Shown here one piece after another: positions 30,908-40,619 of a DNA stretch of 64,000 bases. Position 1 is the stretch's first letter, and each line of letters starts with the position of its first letter. Below the pieces are notes generated by a model. That model was not told the DNA's origin. It searched no databases and saw nothing but the letters and a program-made list of their open reading frames with translations. This DNA is from an uncultured Arcobacter sp. (GTDB lineage Bacteria; Campylobacterota; Campylobacteria; Campylobacterales; Arcobacteraceae). The DNA lies in NCBI GenBank assembly GCA_965140705.1, contig OZ223300.1, positions 1,888,001-1,952,000 on the forward strand, given 5' to 3'. The translations under genes and the position numbers were made by a program.

Positions 30908-31687
30908 TCAAACTAAAGATTGAATATACTCATAAGCTGTCACTCCATATACTCTTTTAAAGTGCCTATTAAAATGTGATAAATCAGTAAAACCATACTC
31001 CACAACAGCAGCATATAGATCTTTTGTATGCTCTAAATATATTTTAGCATGAATCAATTTACAATTTAAAAAGAATTGATAGGGAGTTATTCCTGTATTT
31101 GCCTTAAACATTCTTATAAATTGAAATTTACTTAAGCTTAGCTCTTTTGATATTTCATCTATATTTAAAACATCATCCAACTCATAATAAATCATCTCTT
31201 TAGCTTTTTTAACAATTAAATTCTCTTTTTTATAATCTAAAATAAAATCATTAGTAGAGAAATTATCTGTAATATTTAACAATAATTCAGAACATAAAGA
31301 TTCATCTCTTTCAAATAAAATAGCAGATGATAGATTAATAATATCTTGTTTTAGCTTTTCATTATACACAATAGAAGAGGAAAACTTGACCATATCTTTT
31401 TTACCTAATGCTTCCAAAAAAAGTTCTGGCTTAATATACAACATAACATAATCTAAAGACTCATCATTACATCCTGATTCTCCATCATGTAGTTGTTCCG
31501 GATTGAAAAGCATTACTCCATTTTTATATGAGGCTTGGGAAACTCCATCTAAATTATATTTTTGAACTCCATTTAAAGTCACACCCAAAGCATACTCTTC
31601 ATGGGAGTGTTTTTTATATGAAAACTTTTCCATTTTTGCTTTTAGTGCTGTGATATCTACTCTATTTTTATAAGTGAACTTATCCAT
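30908..31687 (-). CDS. AraC-family transcriptional regulator
   Basis: N-terminal HSHEEY cupin; C-terminal FIRMFK..TGITP...GFTDLSHFNRHFK. Start set at ATG 31687. Confidence 0.92.
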   Translation of the reverse strand: MDKFTYKNRVDITALKAKMEKFSYKKHSHEEYALGVTLNGVQKYNLDGVSQASYKNGVMLFNPEQLHDGESGCNDESLDYVMLYIKPELFLEALGKKDMVKFSSSIVYNEKLKQDIINLSSAILFERDESLCSELLLNITDNFSTNDFILDYKKENLIVKKAKEMIYYELDDVLNIDEISKELSLSKFQFIRMFKANTGITPYQFFLNCKLIHAKIYLEHTKDLYAAVVEYGFTDLSHFNRHFKRVYGVTAYEYIQSLV

Positions 31688-31697
31688 AATAACCCAT

Positions 31698-32282
31698 CTA
31701 ATTAAATATTCCTGAAATTGCAATAGCACATATTATTAAAAATATTGCCATGATGTTATTTACTAGTTTATTATATCTATCTAAAAAAGATTTTAGTACT
31801 TTTCCAAATAAAATCCATGATAAAAAAGCAAGACAAGCAATAATTGTAATCAATAACACAAAAAGTGCCAAATACCAAAAAGAAGTATAATAAGGCAAAA
31901 TAAAACTTGGGAAAACAGTCAATGTAAACAATACTGGTTTTGGATTAACAAATTGCATAAGAAAACCTGTTTTAAAAGATGAAAATTGATTTTCTTTTTT
32001 TGAAGTATTGTTTATCTTAAAAATTTGATATGCTAAATACAACATATAAATAGCTCCAATTATTTGTAGGACAACTATAATATTTGGCAAATAATTCATC
32101 AATAAAGAATTAAAAATAACAGATATACTTAATAATACAAAAAAAGCGAATAATGCACCAATAGAAAACTCAAAAGCTTTTTTTACTCCATAATTGTGCA
32201 CTGTTGTAAGAATCATAATATTAGTGGGGCCTGGTGTTATTATCATCAAACTACAATATAGTAGAAAAAATACAAAATTCAT
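31698..32282 (-). CDS. LysE-family exporter (EamB-like)
   Basis: TPGPTN, GAIYMLYLA, QFVNPK. Confidence 0.88.
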   Translation of the reverse strand: MNFVFFLLYCSLMIITPGPTNIMILTTVHNYGVKKAFEFSIGALFAFFVLLSISVIFNSLLMNYLPNIIVVLQIIGAIYMLYLAYQIFKINNTSKKENQFSSFKTGFLMQFVNPKPVLFTLTVFPSFILPYYTSFWYLALFVLLITIIACLAFLSWILFGKVLKSFLDRYNKLVNNIMAIFLIICAIAISGIFN

Positions 32283-32389
32283 AATTTACCCTTCTTTTTG
32301 GTAAATTATACATTTTAAAAATTTTTAGACATAGTACATTATTGCAATACAAATAAGTTGATATTAAAAAGCTTTAAAGTTATTATATT

Positions 32390-32974
32390 TTAAAGAACTT
32401 CTTTAATTACTTCTAAATCTGGTAAGTTATTAGCTATATCTTGGTAATCTTTTCCATTCGTTAATGATTTTATTATTATTGGTAAAGGTTCTGAATATAT
32501 TTCAGGAAAATCAACCTCACCCAAAGTAACTATTGGAAAAGCTAGTTTTTCCAAAGGTGGACAAAATTGTGCAGAAACACCTTCTTTATTACCTCTAGCA
32601 TCAATCCGATACCAGCCATATTTTTTTAGATAAACTGCATTTAATCCATGAAGACAAAAAGGAGGAGTATCAGTAATAGTTAAACGTTGATAACATAAGC
32701 CAGTAGGAATTTCATTTGCCCGTAGAAGTGCTGCCAATAAATGACTTTTTGCATAACAATATCCAGTAGCATATTTAAGTACATCTGAAGCTTTACATGT
32801 CACTGGATTAAGTTTGAAATCTGAACTATGCTTTATCTCATCACGCACAAAAGTAAAACATTTATGGGCAATCTCTTCATCAGAAGATAAGCCTTCAGCC
32901 AATTCTTTTGCTTTAGTTAATACATTTGGAGTTTTCCAATCTATAAATTCTGATGAGTCTAAATATCTTTTCAT
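32390..32974 (-). CDS. Transglutaminase-like family protein
   Basis: GYCYAKSHLLAALLR...LHGLNAVY...WYRIDARG (Cys-His-Asp triad). Confidence 0.85.
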   Translation of the reverse strand: MKRYLDSSEFIDWKTPNVLTKAKELAEGLSSDEEIAHKCFTFVRDEIKHSSDFKLNPVTCKASDVLKYATGYCYAKSHLLAALLRANEIPTGLCYQRLTITDTPPFCLHGLNAVYLKKYGWYRIDARGNKEGVSAQFCPPLEKLAFPIVTLGEVDFPEIYSEPLPIIIKSLTNGKDYQDIANNLPDLEVIKEVL

Positions 32975-32985
32975 TTTTATAATAA

Positions 32986-33228
32986 TTAAACCTTTTTGAT
33001 TATTTTTACAATATATAGTAATACCACAGCACCTATTGTAGACATTATAATTGAGCCAATAAATCCACCTGCACTTAGTCCAACAAAGGCAAATACAAAA
33101 CCACCGACAACAGCACCAACAATACCAATAACAATATTACCGATAAGCCCAAAGCCACCACCATTCATTATTTTACCTGCTAACCAACCTGCAATTGCAC
33201 CTATTAATAAAAATACTATTATATTCAT
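32986..33228 (-). CDS. GlsB/YeaQ/YmgE stress-response membrane protein
   Basis: IGAIAGWLAGKIM...GNIVIGIVGAVVGG. Confidence 0.92.
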   Translation of the reverse strand: MNIIVFLLIGAIAGWLAGKIMNGGGFGLIGNIVIGIVGAVVGGFVFAFVGLSAGGFIGSIIMSTIGAVVLLYIVKIIKKV

Positions 33229-33362
33229 CTATGATCCTTTTCTTTTATTACTTATTTAATATTAACTGAATTATCATTAAGTTTAGAAGATAAGAAGATA
33301 TTTATTTTAATTTGTGAAGGAATAAAGTTGAGGAATTATGCTTTTTATTTTGCACATAGCTT

Positions 33363-33650
33363 TTAACTATGTGCAATCTTTTTTTCTGTAAAAAGATAAT
33401 CTTTTAACTCTTTATCAAAAGTTGTATCTTTTCGACGAATCCATTCTAAAACCATAGCTGCATGCTCTTTTTCCTCATCTCTATTATGAGCTAAAATAGC
33501 TTTGAGTTCTTCATCTTTACACGCATCTACTCTTTGATTGTACCAATCAACAGCTTCTAACTCTTCCATCAAAGAAGTTATTGCTCTATGCATATCTCGT
33601 GTTTCATCACTCAGCTCTTCAATTGGTTCATGATAACCTTCATTTGCCAT
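33363..33650 (-). CDS. Encapsulin-associated-type ferritin-like protein (EncFtn family)
   Basis: YHEP...HRAITSLMEELEAVDWYNQR...HNRDEEKEHAAM.LEWIRR. Confidence 0.9.
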   Translation of the reverse strand: MANEGYHEPIEELSDETRDMHRAITSLMEELEAVDWYNQRVDACKDEELKAILAHNRDEEKEHAAMVLEWIRRKDTTFDKELKDYLFTEKKIAHS

Positions 33651-33778
33651 TTTTATCTCCTTTATTAAATATAGTATTGATTATATTTTTTTAAACTGTA
33701 AGAGAACTTATATTTTGAACTTATTAATTTATTATTTTATATATGAATAATATCTGTAGTAGTTGGGCTTAGTAGTAC

Positions 33779-33805
33779 AAAAGCAAGGTAAAACCTTGCT
33801 TTTTT
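33779..33805. terminator. Intrinsic terminator after trxA
   Basis: AAAAGCAAGGT-AAA-ACCTTGCTTTT. Confidence 0.75.
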
Positions 33806-33810
33806 ATATA

Positions 33811-34128
33811 TTATAAATATTTATTTATTTTTTCTTCAAGAGCACCTTTTGTAGTTGTTCCAATTATTTGGTCAACTATTTCACCATCTTTGAAGAAAAG
33901 AATAGTAGGTATTGATCTTATTTCATATTTTACAGTTAAGTCCTGTTCAACTTCTGTATTTACTTTACATATTTTAGCTTTTCCTTCAAACTCTTCAGCC
34001 AACTGTTCTATAACAGGAGCGATCATTCTACAAGGTCCGCACCATGGTGCCCAAAAGTCAACTAATGACACACCCTCTTTTACTGTATCTTCTATATTAC
34101 TTTGATCTAATTCTAAATATTTTGCCAT
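33811..34128 (-). CDS. trxA: Thioredoxin
   Basis: WAPWCGPC active site. Confidence 0.96.
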   Translation of the reverse strand: MAKYLELDQSNIEDTVKEGVSLVDFWAPWCGPCRMIAPVIEQLAEEFEGKAKICKVNTEVEQDLTVKYEIRSIPTILFFKDGEIVDQIIGTTTKGALEEKINKYL

Positions 34129-34137
34129 TTTTATCTC

Positions 34138-34734
34138 CTATAATTTACTTTCATTTTTTCCTAAGTATTCAGCAACACCTTCTTTATTTGCTTTCATACC
34201 TTCATCACCTTTGTTCCATCCTGCTGGACAAACTTCACCATTTTCATTTGTAAATATCATTGTATCTACCATTCTAATCATTTCATCAATGTTTCTTCCT
34301 AGTGGTAAGTCATTAATTACTGCATGTCTTACTGTTCCATCTTTATCAATTAAGAATGATCCTCTAAGTGCTACAGATTCATTAAATAATACATCATAAT
34401 CTTTTGCAATTTGTTTTGTAATATCTGCAACCATTGGGAATTTAACTCTTCCAATTCCACCCTCTTCTACTTTTGTCTCTCTCCAAGCAAAGTGAGCAAA
34501 CTCTGAATCAATTGAACAACCAATAACTTGTATACCTCTCTCTTTAAAATCATCTACTCTTTTTGAAAAAGCAATAATCTCTGATGGACAAACAAATGTA
34601 AAATCTAAAGGCCAGAAAAATAATACTGCACCTTTTTCACCAATATTTTCATATAAATTAAAATCCTCTACGATTTGACCATCTGCTGTTACAGCTGTTG
34701 CTGTGAAGTCTGGAGCTTTTTTTGTTACTATCAT
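34138..34734 (-). CDS. ahpC: Typical 2-Cys peroxiredoxin (AhpC/Tsa)
   Basis: DFTFVCPSEI and GEVCPAGW. Confidence 0.95.
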   Translation of the reverse strand: MIVTKKAPDFTATAVTADGQIVEDFNLYENIGEKGAVLFFWPLDFTFVCPSEIIAFSKRVDDFKERGIQVIGCSIDSEFAHFAWRETKVEEGGIGRVKFPMVADITKQIAKDYDVLFNESVALRGSFLIDKDGTVRHAVINDLPLGRNIDEMIRMVDTMIFTNENGEVCPAGWNKGDEGMKANKEGVAEYLGKNESKL

Positions 34735-34847
34735 TTTATTTCCTTTTTTTCTTTTTAATTTTTTGATAGTGAAAGTATATATAAAAAATTTTAAAATAAA
34801 ATTAATAAATTTTATTAAAGGAAAAAAATTATCCTTTAATAAAAAAG

Positions 34848-35444
34848 CTATTTTATTTTTATTGGAAGAAGAGTTAAAAAACTCAAAGCCTCAGGAAGAG
34901 AAAATGTAGCATTTTTTAAATCATTTTGTTTTGGGTCAATTAAATAGTTTTTTGAAGTTTCAAAATTGGCTTTTTGTAGGTTGTTTTTTACAAATACAGA
35001 TTGTTCTAAATCACAAGTTTTGAAAAGTGCCTTTTCAAGGTTACACTCTTCAAAACCACTATCTATAATAAGTGAATTAACAAATTTAATTTGTCTCAAA
35101 TCCAAAAGATGAAAAGAGTTTTGTGAAATATTGCAAGAATCAAATTCTACATTAAAAGGTTTTTCACAAGAGCTCCAAGATATTCCAAGAAGTTTTGAGT
35201 TCTCAAAAGTCACATAATTAAATACACAATTTTTCAAAACACTCAAAGATAAATCACAAGATATAAAAGTGCACTCAGTAAACTTACAGCCTTGCATAAG
35301 ACTTTTAGAAAAATCACATTTTATAAAGGTGCAGTTATCAAAATAAATAGAATCAAAGTTTTTATCATCATACTCAATAAACTCTTCTTCCCAATAATCA
35401 TTTGTTTTAAACATAGTTATATTCTTTTTACTTGTATTTGTCAT
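34848..35444 (-). CDS. Pentapeptide repeat protein
   Basis: Repeating F.xC.F/L pentads (FDNCTFIKCDFSKS...). Confidence 0.88.
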   Translation of the reverse strand: MTNTSKKNITMFKTNDYWEEEFIEYDDKNFDSIYFDNCTFIKCDFSKSLMQGCKFTECTFISCDLSLSVLKNCVFNYVTFENSKLLGISWSSCEKPFNVEFDSCNISQNSFHLLDLRQIKFVNSLIIDSGFEECNLEKALFKTCDLEQSVFVKNNLQKANFETSKNYLIDPKQNDLKNATFSLPEALSFLTLLPIKIK

Positions 35445-35540
35445 AAGGTATAAATTTGCTAAGAATTTTATCTTAAATTTCTATTTCATTCAAGAAGAGA
35501 TTTAGCCAAAGAAGAATGGCTAAACCTCAGCAAAGAGAAT

Positions 35541-38500
35541 CTAACTTATTTTTGTTATATTTACAGGTATAGCTTGTCTTGCAGTTGAACCACAAGCAAA
35601 ATCAGTAGCTACAGCAGATTTTCTAGTAAAATCTTTTAACCCAAGTTTATTATAATAAACTCCAGTTTTTTTAGAGACTAATCCTTTTGTAACTTTACCA
35701 TTAATTTCAATATCAATAGCTCCTTCGGCTCTTCTTCCATCACCTTGTTCAACTCCAAGGGTATCAGGGTGAACTCCATGTCTATATCTAAGATAACCTG
35801 TTGTCTCTCCATCACCTGAATTTACTTTAACATAATCACCATGTTTTAATCCAAGAGTATGAGCAGTTTTTGGATTTATATCCACATATGTTGTATATCT
35901 TATCTCTTTTAGATTTGCACTTGATGTATTTGGTGAAGAAAGTACATTTGATTTATATGAAAATGCGATAAGAGGAAACTTCTCTTTTGGAAAATGTTTT
36001 TCATATGTTTCTCCTGTAGCAAATCTTTGTTTGAAAAATTTTGGTGTACCACTATAAGCTTCCCCAGAAAGAGAATTTTTTGAAGTTCCTAGTTTTTCAT
36101 TATATATTTGTATAGGTTTATTATATTTATGAGATATAAGCTCTCCCTCATAACTATCTTCATAATCTTCATATCTACCACCTCTTGCCATTACATAAGC
36201 AGTTTTTCTCCAATTATCACCACAAATTCTTTTTAATGAAGGAACAAAAGAGTCTAAGCTAGCTAACTTTATCTCTTCATCACTTGCATCTGGTACAGGT
36301 TTTCCATCCATAGCAATATTTTCAAAGGCTCTTAAATAAAAATCCTCAGCCTTATCAAAATCATGCATTTTGCCATCATTCCCTTTGATAGCATTTTTAC
36401 CAAATCCTGGAAGATTTAACTTTTTACCAAGGGCTATGATAAAACTAGTCATTTCAATAGGGTCTCCATTTTTAAAACTATCTTGTCTTGGTTTAACTAC
36501 TGGAAATCTTAGTGTATTTATTTTTGTTTGAAAAGCAGCCCAAGCATGAACTACACCCCAAGTTTCATATAAAACAGAATCAGGAATAATATAATCTGCA
36601 TATACAGATGATTCATTAATAAATGGATCAATTGCTATAAAAAGAGGCACTGCTAATTTTGGATCTTTTATTAACTCTTTTATCTCACCTTCACCACCTG
36701 CTGTACCATATATGAAGTTTGAATTAAAAGAGATCAAAGCATCCATTTTATAAGGATATTTTTTATAACTATTAGTGATAAATTCACTCTCTAAGGCATT
36801 TGTAAAAGGATACCAAGTGTCTTTTGCTGGATATGGATTTTCACCTTTTTCTACTTTGTTTTTATACTCATTTGTACTTTCGTAGGCTCTTCTTGTTCTA
36901 TCCATTCTAGCACCATGTACTTTTACTTTTCCTTTGTATGCAAGTAGATTATATTGAGAACCATTAACATCCTTATATGCTCCTCCTCCACTACTCATAC
37001 CACCTTTATAGTTTAGATTTCCTATCATAGCTCCAAGCATCATTACTGCATATGTTGTATAAAATCCTGTTGTATGCATAGTACCACCATGACAATCTAC
37101 ACTAGCACATCTCCCAAAAGAAGTAAACTTTTTAGCAACTTCTTGCATTTTTTCGACACTTACTCCACACTCTTTTGAATAAGCAACTAAACCTAACTCA
37201 TTTGTTCGCTCTTTAAGTTCATTAAATGCTGTTCTTACTTTATAACTTTTACCAGCAAATTCTACATTTCCATTAAAATCAAGTACTGCTTGTAAAACTT
37301 CTTCTGAAGATTTTAGTTTATTATCTCTTGAATCAAGAACTAAAGGAATATTACCATCTTTAAGTATAGTTCCATTGTCCTCTTTATCTTGAATGATAAG
37401 ATGGCTTGCATTTGTCCATGAAGCATCATTTTGAGCTTTCATAGCTTTTGAAGAAGGAATACAAAGATACTTTTCATTATACATTTTATTATTGATAATT
37501 ATTTGTAAAAGTCCCATTACAAAGGCAAGATCAGTTCCTGGAATAATAGGAATCCAACTACTTTTTCCACCAACTGCAATAGTATCACTATTACCTTGCA
37601 TTGGAGAAACAATTGTATACTCTATATTACCCTCACTTCTAGCATTTGCTAAAAGTTTACCTTGTCTTTTAAAAGGATTCCCAGCTTGTCCTGGAGGTGT
37701 ACCAATACTTAGAAGATATTTTGTATGTTCAAAGTCTGGTTTTAAATGTGGATACTTTTTAAAATCACCTAAATATGCAGCTTCACCTGCTCTCATAGAT
37801 AAACCACAAATAGAAGTATGTCCTGTAAAATTTACAGTACCAAATGACATTAAAAATCTATGGATAAGAGCAGCAGTTCTTCCCTCATGAGTTGTTCCAA
37901 TTACACAAAGACCATTTGATTTTGGTCCAAATGATGGTTCATCAGGATTAATAGGAGTTTTTATGTCTCTTGTGTCTTTTAGTCCTTTTACAACACCTTC
38001 TCCAAATAAGTCTCCACCATTTACAATTTCACTAATAAGCTCATCAATATCTATCTCTTTCCACTTATTCTCTCCACGTTTACCAACTCTTTTAAGAGGT
38101 TTCAATACTCTATTAGGGGCATCGATTTTATCGAAAATAGCATTTCCTCTAGCACAAACATTAGATCTATATGTTTCAAAATCACCATTTTGTGAGAGTG
38201 TTTTATAACTATCTTCTATACTTGTATTATATGGAAGCCATGGATTTGTAGAAAGTAAATTGTATGGATTTCCAAGAACTCTAACTACTTTATCTGTTTT
38301 TTTATCTATTTTTACTCTTACACCACATTGAGTTGTACAACCTATACAAGTAGTAGGAAGAATTTTATAATCTTCATTTTTAACAAATTTATTATTTAAA
38401 AAACTATGCTCTGCTACACTTGAATTAAAATATATACTATCTTTTGCTTTTTCACCTTTATCCGATAGTGTTGTCACAGCTCCAAGTGTTTCTTTATATC

Positions 38501-38567
38501 CTGATATAGAAGCGGCAGCTACAACAGCACCTGAACCCAATAAAAATTTTCTTCTACTATTTTGCAT
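35541..38567 (-). CDS. ttrA: Tetrathionate reductase-clade molybdopterin oxidoreductase, catalytic subunit A
   Basis: Tat motif SRRKFL, CIGCTTQC...C 4Fe-4S, GNPY, HTSICGL..RAG Mo-ligand region, KPDF, GNPFKRQ. Confidence 0.8.
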   Translation of the reverse strand: MQNSRRKFLLGSGAVVAAASISGYKETLGAVTTLSDKGEKAKDSIYFNSSVAEHSFLNNKFVKNEDYKILPTTCIGCTTQCGVRVKIDKKTDKVVRVLGNPYNLLSTNPWLPYNTSIEDSYKTLSQNGDFETYRSNVCARGNAIFDKIDAPNRVLKPLKRVGKRGENKWKEIDIDELISEIVNGGDLFGEGVVKGLKDTRDIKTPINPDEPSFGPKSNGLCVIGTTHEGRTAALIHRFLMSFGTVNFTGHTSICGLSMRAGEAAYLGDFKKYPHLKPDFEHTKYLLSIGTPPGQAGNPFKRQGKLLANARSEGNIEYTIVSPMQGNSDTIAVGGKSSWIPIIPGTDLAFVMGLLQIIINNKMYNEKYLCIPSSKAMKAQNDASWTNASHLIIQDKEDNGTILKDGNIPLVLDSRDNKLKSSEEVLQAVLDFNGNVEFAGKSYKVRTAFNELKERTNELGLVAYSKECGVSVEKMQEVAKKFTSFGRCASVDCHGGTMHTTGFYTTYAVMMLGAMIGNLNYKGGMSSGGGAYKDVNGSQYNLLAYKGKVKVHGARMDRTRRAYESTNEYKNKVEKGENPYPAKDTWYPFTNALESEFITNSYKKYPYKMDALISFNSNFIYGTAGGEGEIKELIKDPKLAVPLFIAIDPFINESSVYADYIIPDSVLYETWGVVHAWAAFQTKINTLRFPVVKPRQDSFKNGDPIEMTSFIIALGKKLNLPGFGKNAIKGNDGKMHDFDKAEDFYLRAFENIAMDGKPVPDASDEEIKLASLDSFVPSLKRICGDNWRKTAYVMARGGRYEDYEDSYEGELISHKYNKPIQIYNEKLGTSKNSLSGEAYSGTPKFFKQRFATGETYEKHFPKEKFPLIAFSYKSNVLSSPNTSSANLKEIRYTTYVDINPKTAHTLGLKHGDYVKVNSGDGETTGYLRYRHGVHPDTLGVEQGDGRRAEGAIDIEINGKVTKGLVSKKTGVYYNKLGLKDFTRKSAVATDFACGSTARQAIPVNITKIS

Positions 38568-39741
38568 CTTCTGCTCCTTCATAACAATCTTTCATCTCTT
38601 CATCCCAAGGGAATATTAATAATACTGCACAAATAAGCGCAAATAAAATACCCCAGTTTGAAAGTACAGTAATTACACTATCTTGTCCAAACATTGGTGG
38701 AGTATAATGTAAAAATCCAGGAGTAGTTCGAGGTATTTCTTGCCCTCCAATAACTGTATTCCATCTAAATATCCAAACACCAATAGCAGTAACTATACCA
38801 CCGAAATAAACAACTACTGGAATATATCTTAATCTTGTAAATCCAATAATTAATGGTACAAATAAGCATAAAACATAATCAATCCAAAGTGTATCTTCAA
38901 AGTGAATACTAAAATAACTATAAAGTGCATATTTTTCACCATTTGCAAAAGTCAAAGAGAAAGTAAGCCATAAAAATCTCATAACAAGATCAGAAATAAT
39001 AAACCAAGAGAGTAATCTTGCTAAAGTTGCTACCATATCAGTATCTACTTTTTTACGTTCTGATAAAAATCTTTGAAAAAGTGGAATTAAAATAACAAGT
39101 AACCCCGTACCAGAAACCATAGCTGAAGCCAAGAATATGATAGGCATCAAAGGAGTATGCCACATAACATTTGCATGAACAGCTCCTAAAATATATCCTG
39201 TATATCCATGAACACAAAGAGCCAATGGTATCCCTATAGCTCCTAAAATAAAACCTTTTTTGTGATCTTTTTCCAAAGATTCTTCACTTAAACTCATATT
39301 CCCAAAAGTGAATAATTTATTAAAAAATCTACTTAAACCTTTTGACTCATTTGCTTTTTTTACAAAATAGGCTCTATACATCGCCTGTGCTTCAAAAAAG
39401 ATAAGTATAGGATATGCCATAAGAAGCAATACACCCCATTTCATTGGTGAAGTTGGAAAATCTTCCCAACCATATAAAAAGAAGTTTAAAACTCTTCCTG
39501 GTTGTCTTAAGTCATCTAACAAATTAAGTGGAGCAGCTACAAGTAAAACAAAAGCCATAAGTAGAGATATTCCAGCGATTGGTTTATATTTTTTCCAACC
39601 AAAAACATGTGCAAAACTTGAGATAATAAATGCCGCAGCTGAACTTCCTGTAAACCAAAAATAATTTGGAATATCAATTCCCCAAGGTTTTTCTATAGTA
39701 ATAGAAGAAATTAGAGTTAAAAAATGTTGTGCATTATCCAT
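38557..39741 (-). CDS. ttrC: NrfD/PsrC-type membrane anchor (TtrC equivalent)
   Basis: PWG..I.NYFWFTG, DL.QP.R, SPM.WG, YTG, WHTPLMP, RWNTVIGGQ. Confidence 0.75.
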   Translation of the reverse strand: MDNAQHFLTLISSITIEKPWGIDIPNYFWFTGSSAAAFIISSFAHVFGWKKYKPIAGISLLMAFVLLVAAPLNLLDDLRQPGRVLNFFLYGWEDFPTSPMKWGVLLLMAYPILIFFEAQAMYRAYFVKKANESKGLSRFFNKLFTFGNMSLSEESLEKDHKKGFILGAIGIPLALCVHGYTGYILGAVHANVMWHTPLMPIIFLASAMVSGTGLLVILIPLFQRFLSERKKVDTDMVATLARLLSWFIISDLVMRFLWLTFSLTFANGEKYALYSYFSIHFEDTLWIDYVLCLFVPLIIGFTRLRYIPVVVYFGGIVTAIGVWIFRWNTVIGGQEIPRTTPGFLHYTPPMFGQDSVITVLSNWGILFALICAVLLIFPWDEEMKDCYEGAEDAK

Positions 39742-40540
39742 GATTGTGTGCCTCCATTCTAGCTTTTTGCCATTCTTTTTCAAAGCCCTCTTCTGTTTTT
39801 ACCATATCATCTAGACTTTGAGTTGTAGAAAATAATTCTTCTAATTTTGAATCAAGATTGATATAAAAAGTTTGGGGTTTTGTTCCTTCTGACTCTTTTA
39901 ATACTGTCGTTGAAAAATTACTCATAAGTTTATACACATCTGAGTTTTTATCATTGATATCACCAAAAACTCTGGCTCCACCCACACAGGTCTCTACACA
40001 AGCAGGGAGTAAACCTTTATCTACTCTTTGTGCACAGAAATTACATTTATCAGCCGTTCTTGTTTTTTTATTGAAGTATCTTTTATCGTAAGGACAGGCA
40101 CTAATACAGTAACCACAACCCCAACAAATTTCATTATCTACAACTACAATTCCATCTTCTCTTTTAAAAGTGGCACCAGTTGGACAAACAGGAACACAAG
40201 CTGGATTTTCACAGTGATTACAAAGTTGTGGTAAAAATCCCTTTCTTACATCTGGGAATTCACCCATTTCTGTTTCTGTTACAAATGTTCTAAACTGTCC
40301 ACTTGGTACTTCATTTTCTATTCTACAAACAGATGTACAGGCTTGACATCCTATACATTTTCTCAAATCTAATACCATAACAAAATGTTTACCTTTTTGA
40401 CCAATATGTCTAGTATCATTATTATCACGACCGGGAATTTTCATTGAAAAAGCGTTTGCACTAGTACTAGCAATCATCGTAAATGCTGTAGTTGTAAGCC
40501 CTTTTTGCAAGAAATCCCTTCTTGAATTTTTTGAAGACAT
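39734..40540 (-). CDS. ttrB: 4Fe-4S subunit B of the reductase
   Basis: Tat motif SRRDFL and four Cys clusters (CIGCQAC, CNHC..P.C..VCP, CWGCGYC...CP, CNFC). Confidence 0.82.
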   Translation of the reverse strand: MSSKNSRRDFLQKGLTTTAFTMIASTSANAFSMKIPGRDNNDTRHIGQKGKHFVMVLDLRKCIGCQACTSVCRIENEVPSGQFRTFVTETEMGEFPDVRKGFLPQLCNHCENPACVPVCPTGATFKREDGIVVVDNEICWGCGYCISACPYDKRYFNKKTRTADKCNFCAQRVDKGLLPACVETCVGGARVFGDINDKNSDVYKLMSNFSTTVLKESEGTKPQTFYINLDSKLEELFSTTQSLDDMVKTEEGFEKEWQKARMEAHNHG

Positions 40541-40567
40541 TCTAACTCCTTTAAAATATTTAAAAGA

Positions 40568-40605
40568 ATTGTAACAATACAAAAGGAGGAAATAGGGAGG
40601 GAAAT
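40568..40605 (-). promoter_or_regulatory. ttrB promoter with tandem direct repeat (putative OmpR-family binding site)
   Basis: Minus strand ATTTCCCTCCC-T-ATTTCCTCC upstream of an extended -10 TGTTACAAT. Confidence 0.45.
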
Positions 40606-40619
40606 TAAAAAAGAAGTTT

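Noticed and set aside
28383..35444. Long run of small same-strand genes as a possible integron cassette array (also 52455-57282)
   Set aside because: I found no attC-like RYYYAAC...GTTRRRY palindromes in these spacers, and many of the genes have their own promoters.
34848..35444. qnr-type quinolone resistance gene
   Set aside because: The pentapeptide fold alone is not diagnostic, and I could not identify Qnr-specific loops by eye.
35541..38567. Selenocysteine recoding in the molybdoenzyme
   Set aside because: The ORF is uninterrupted and the predicted Mo ligand is an ordinary Cys codon.
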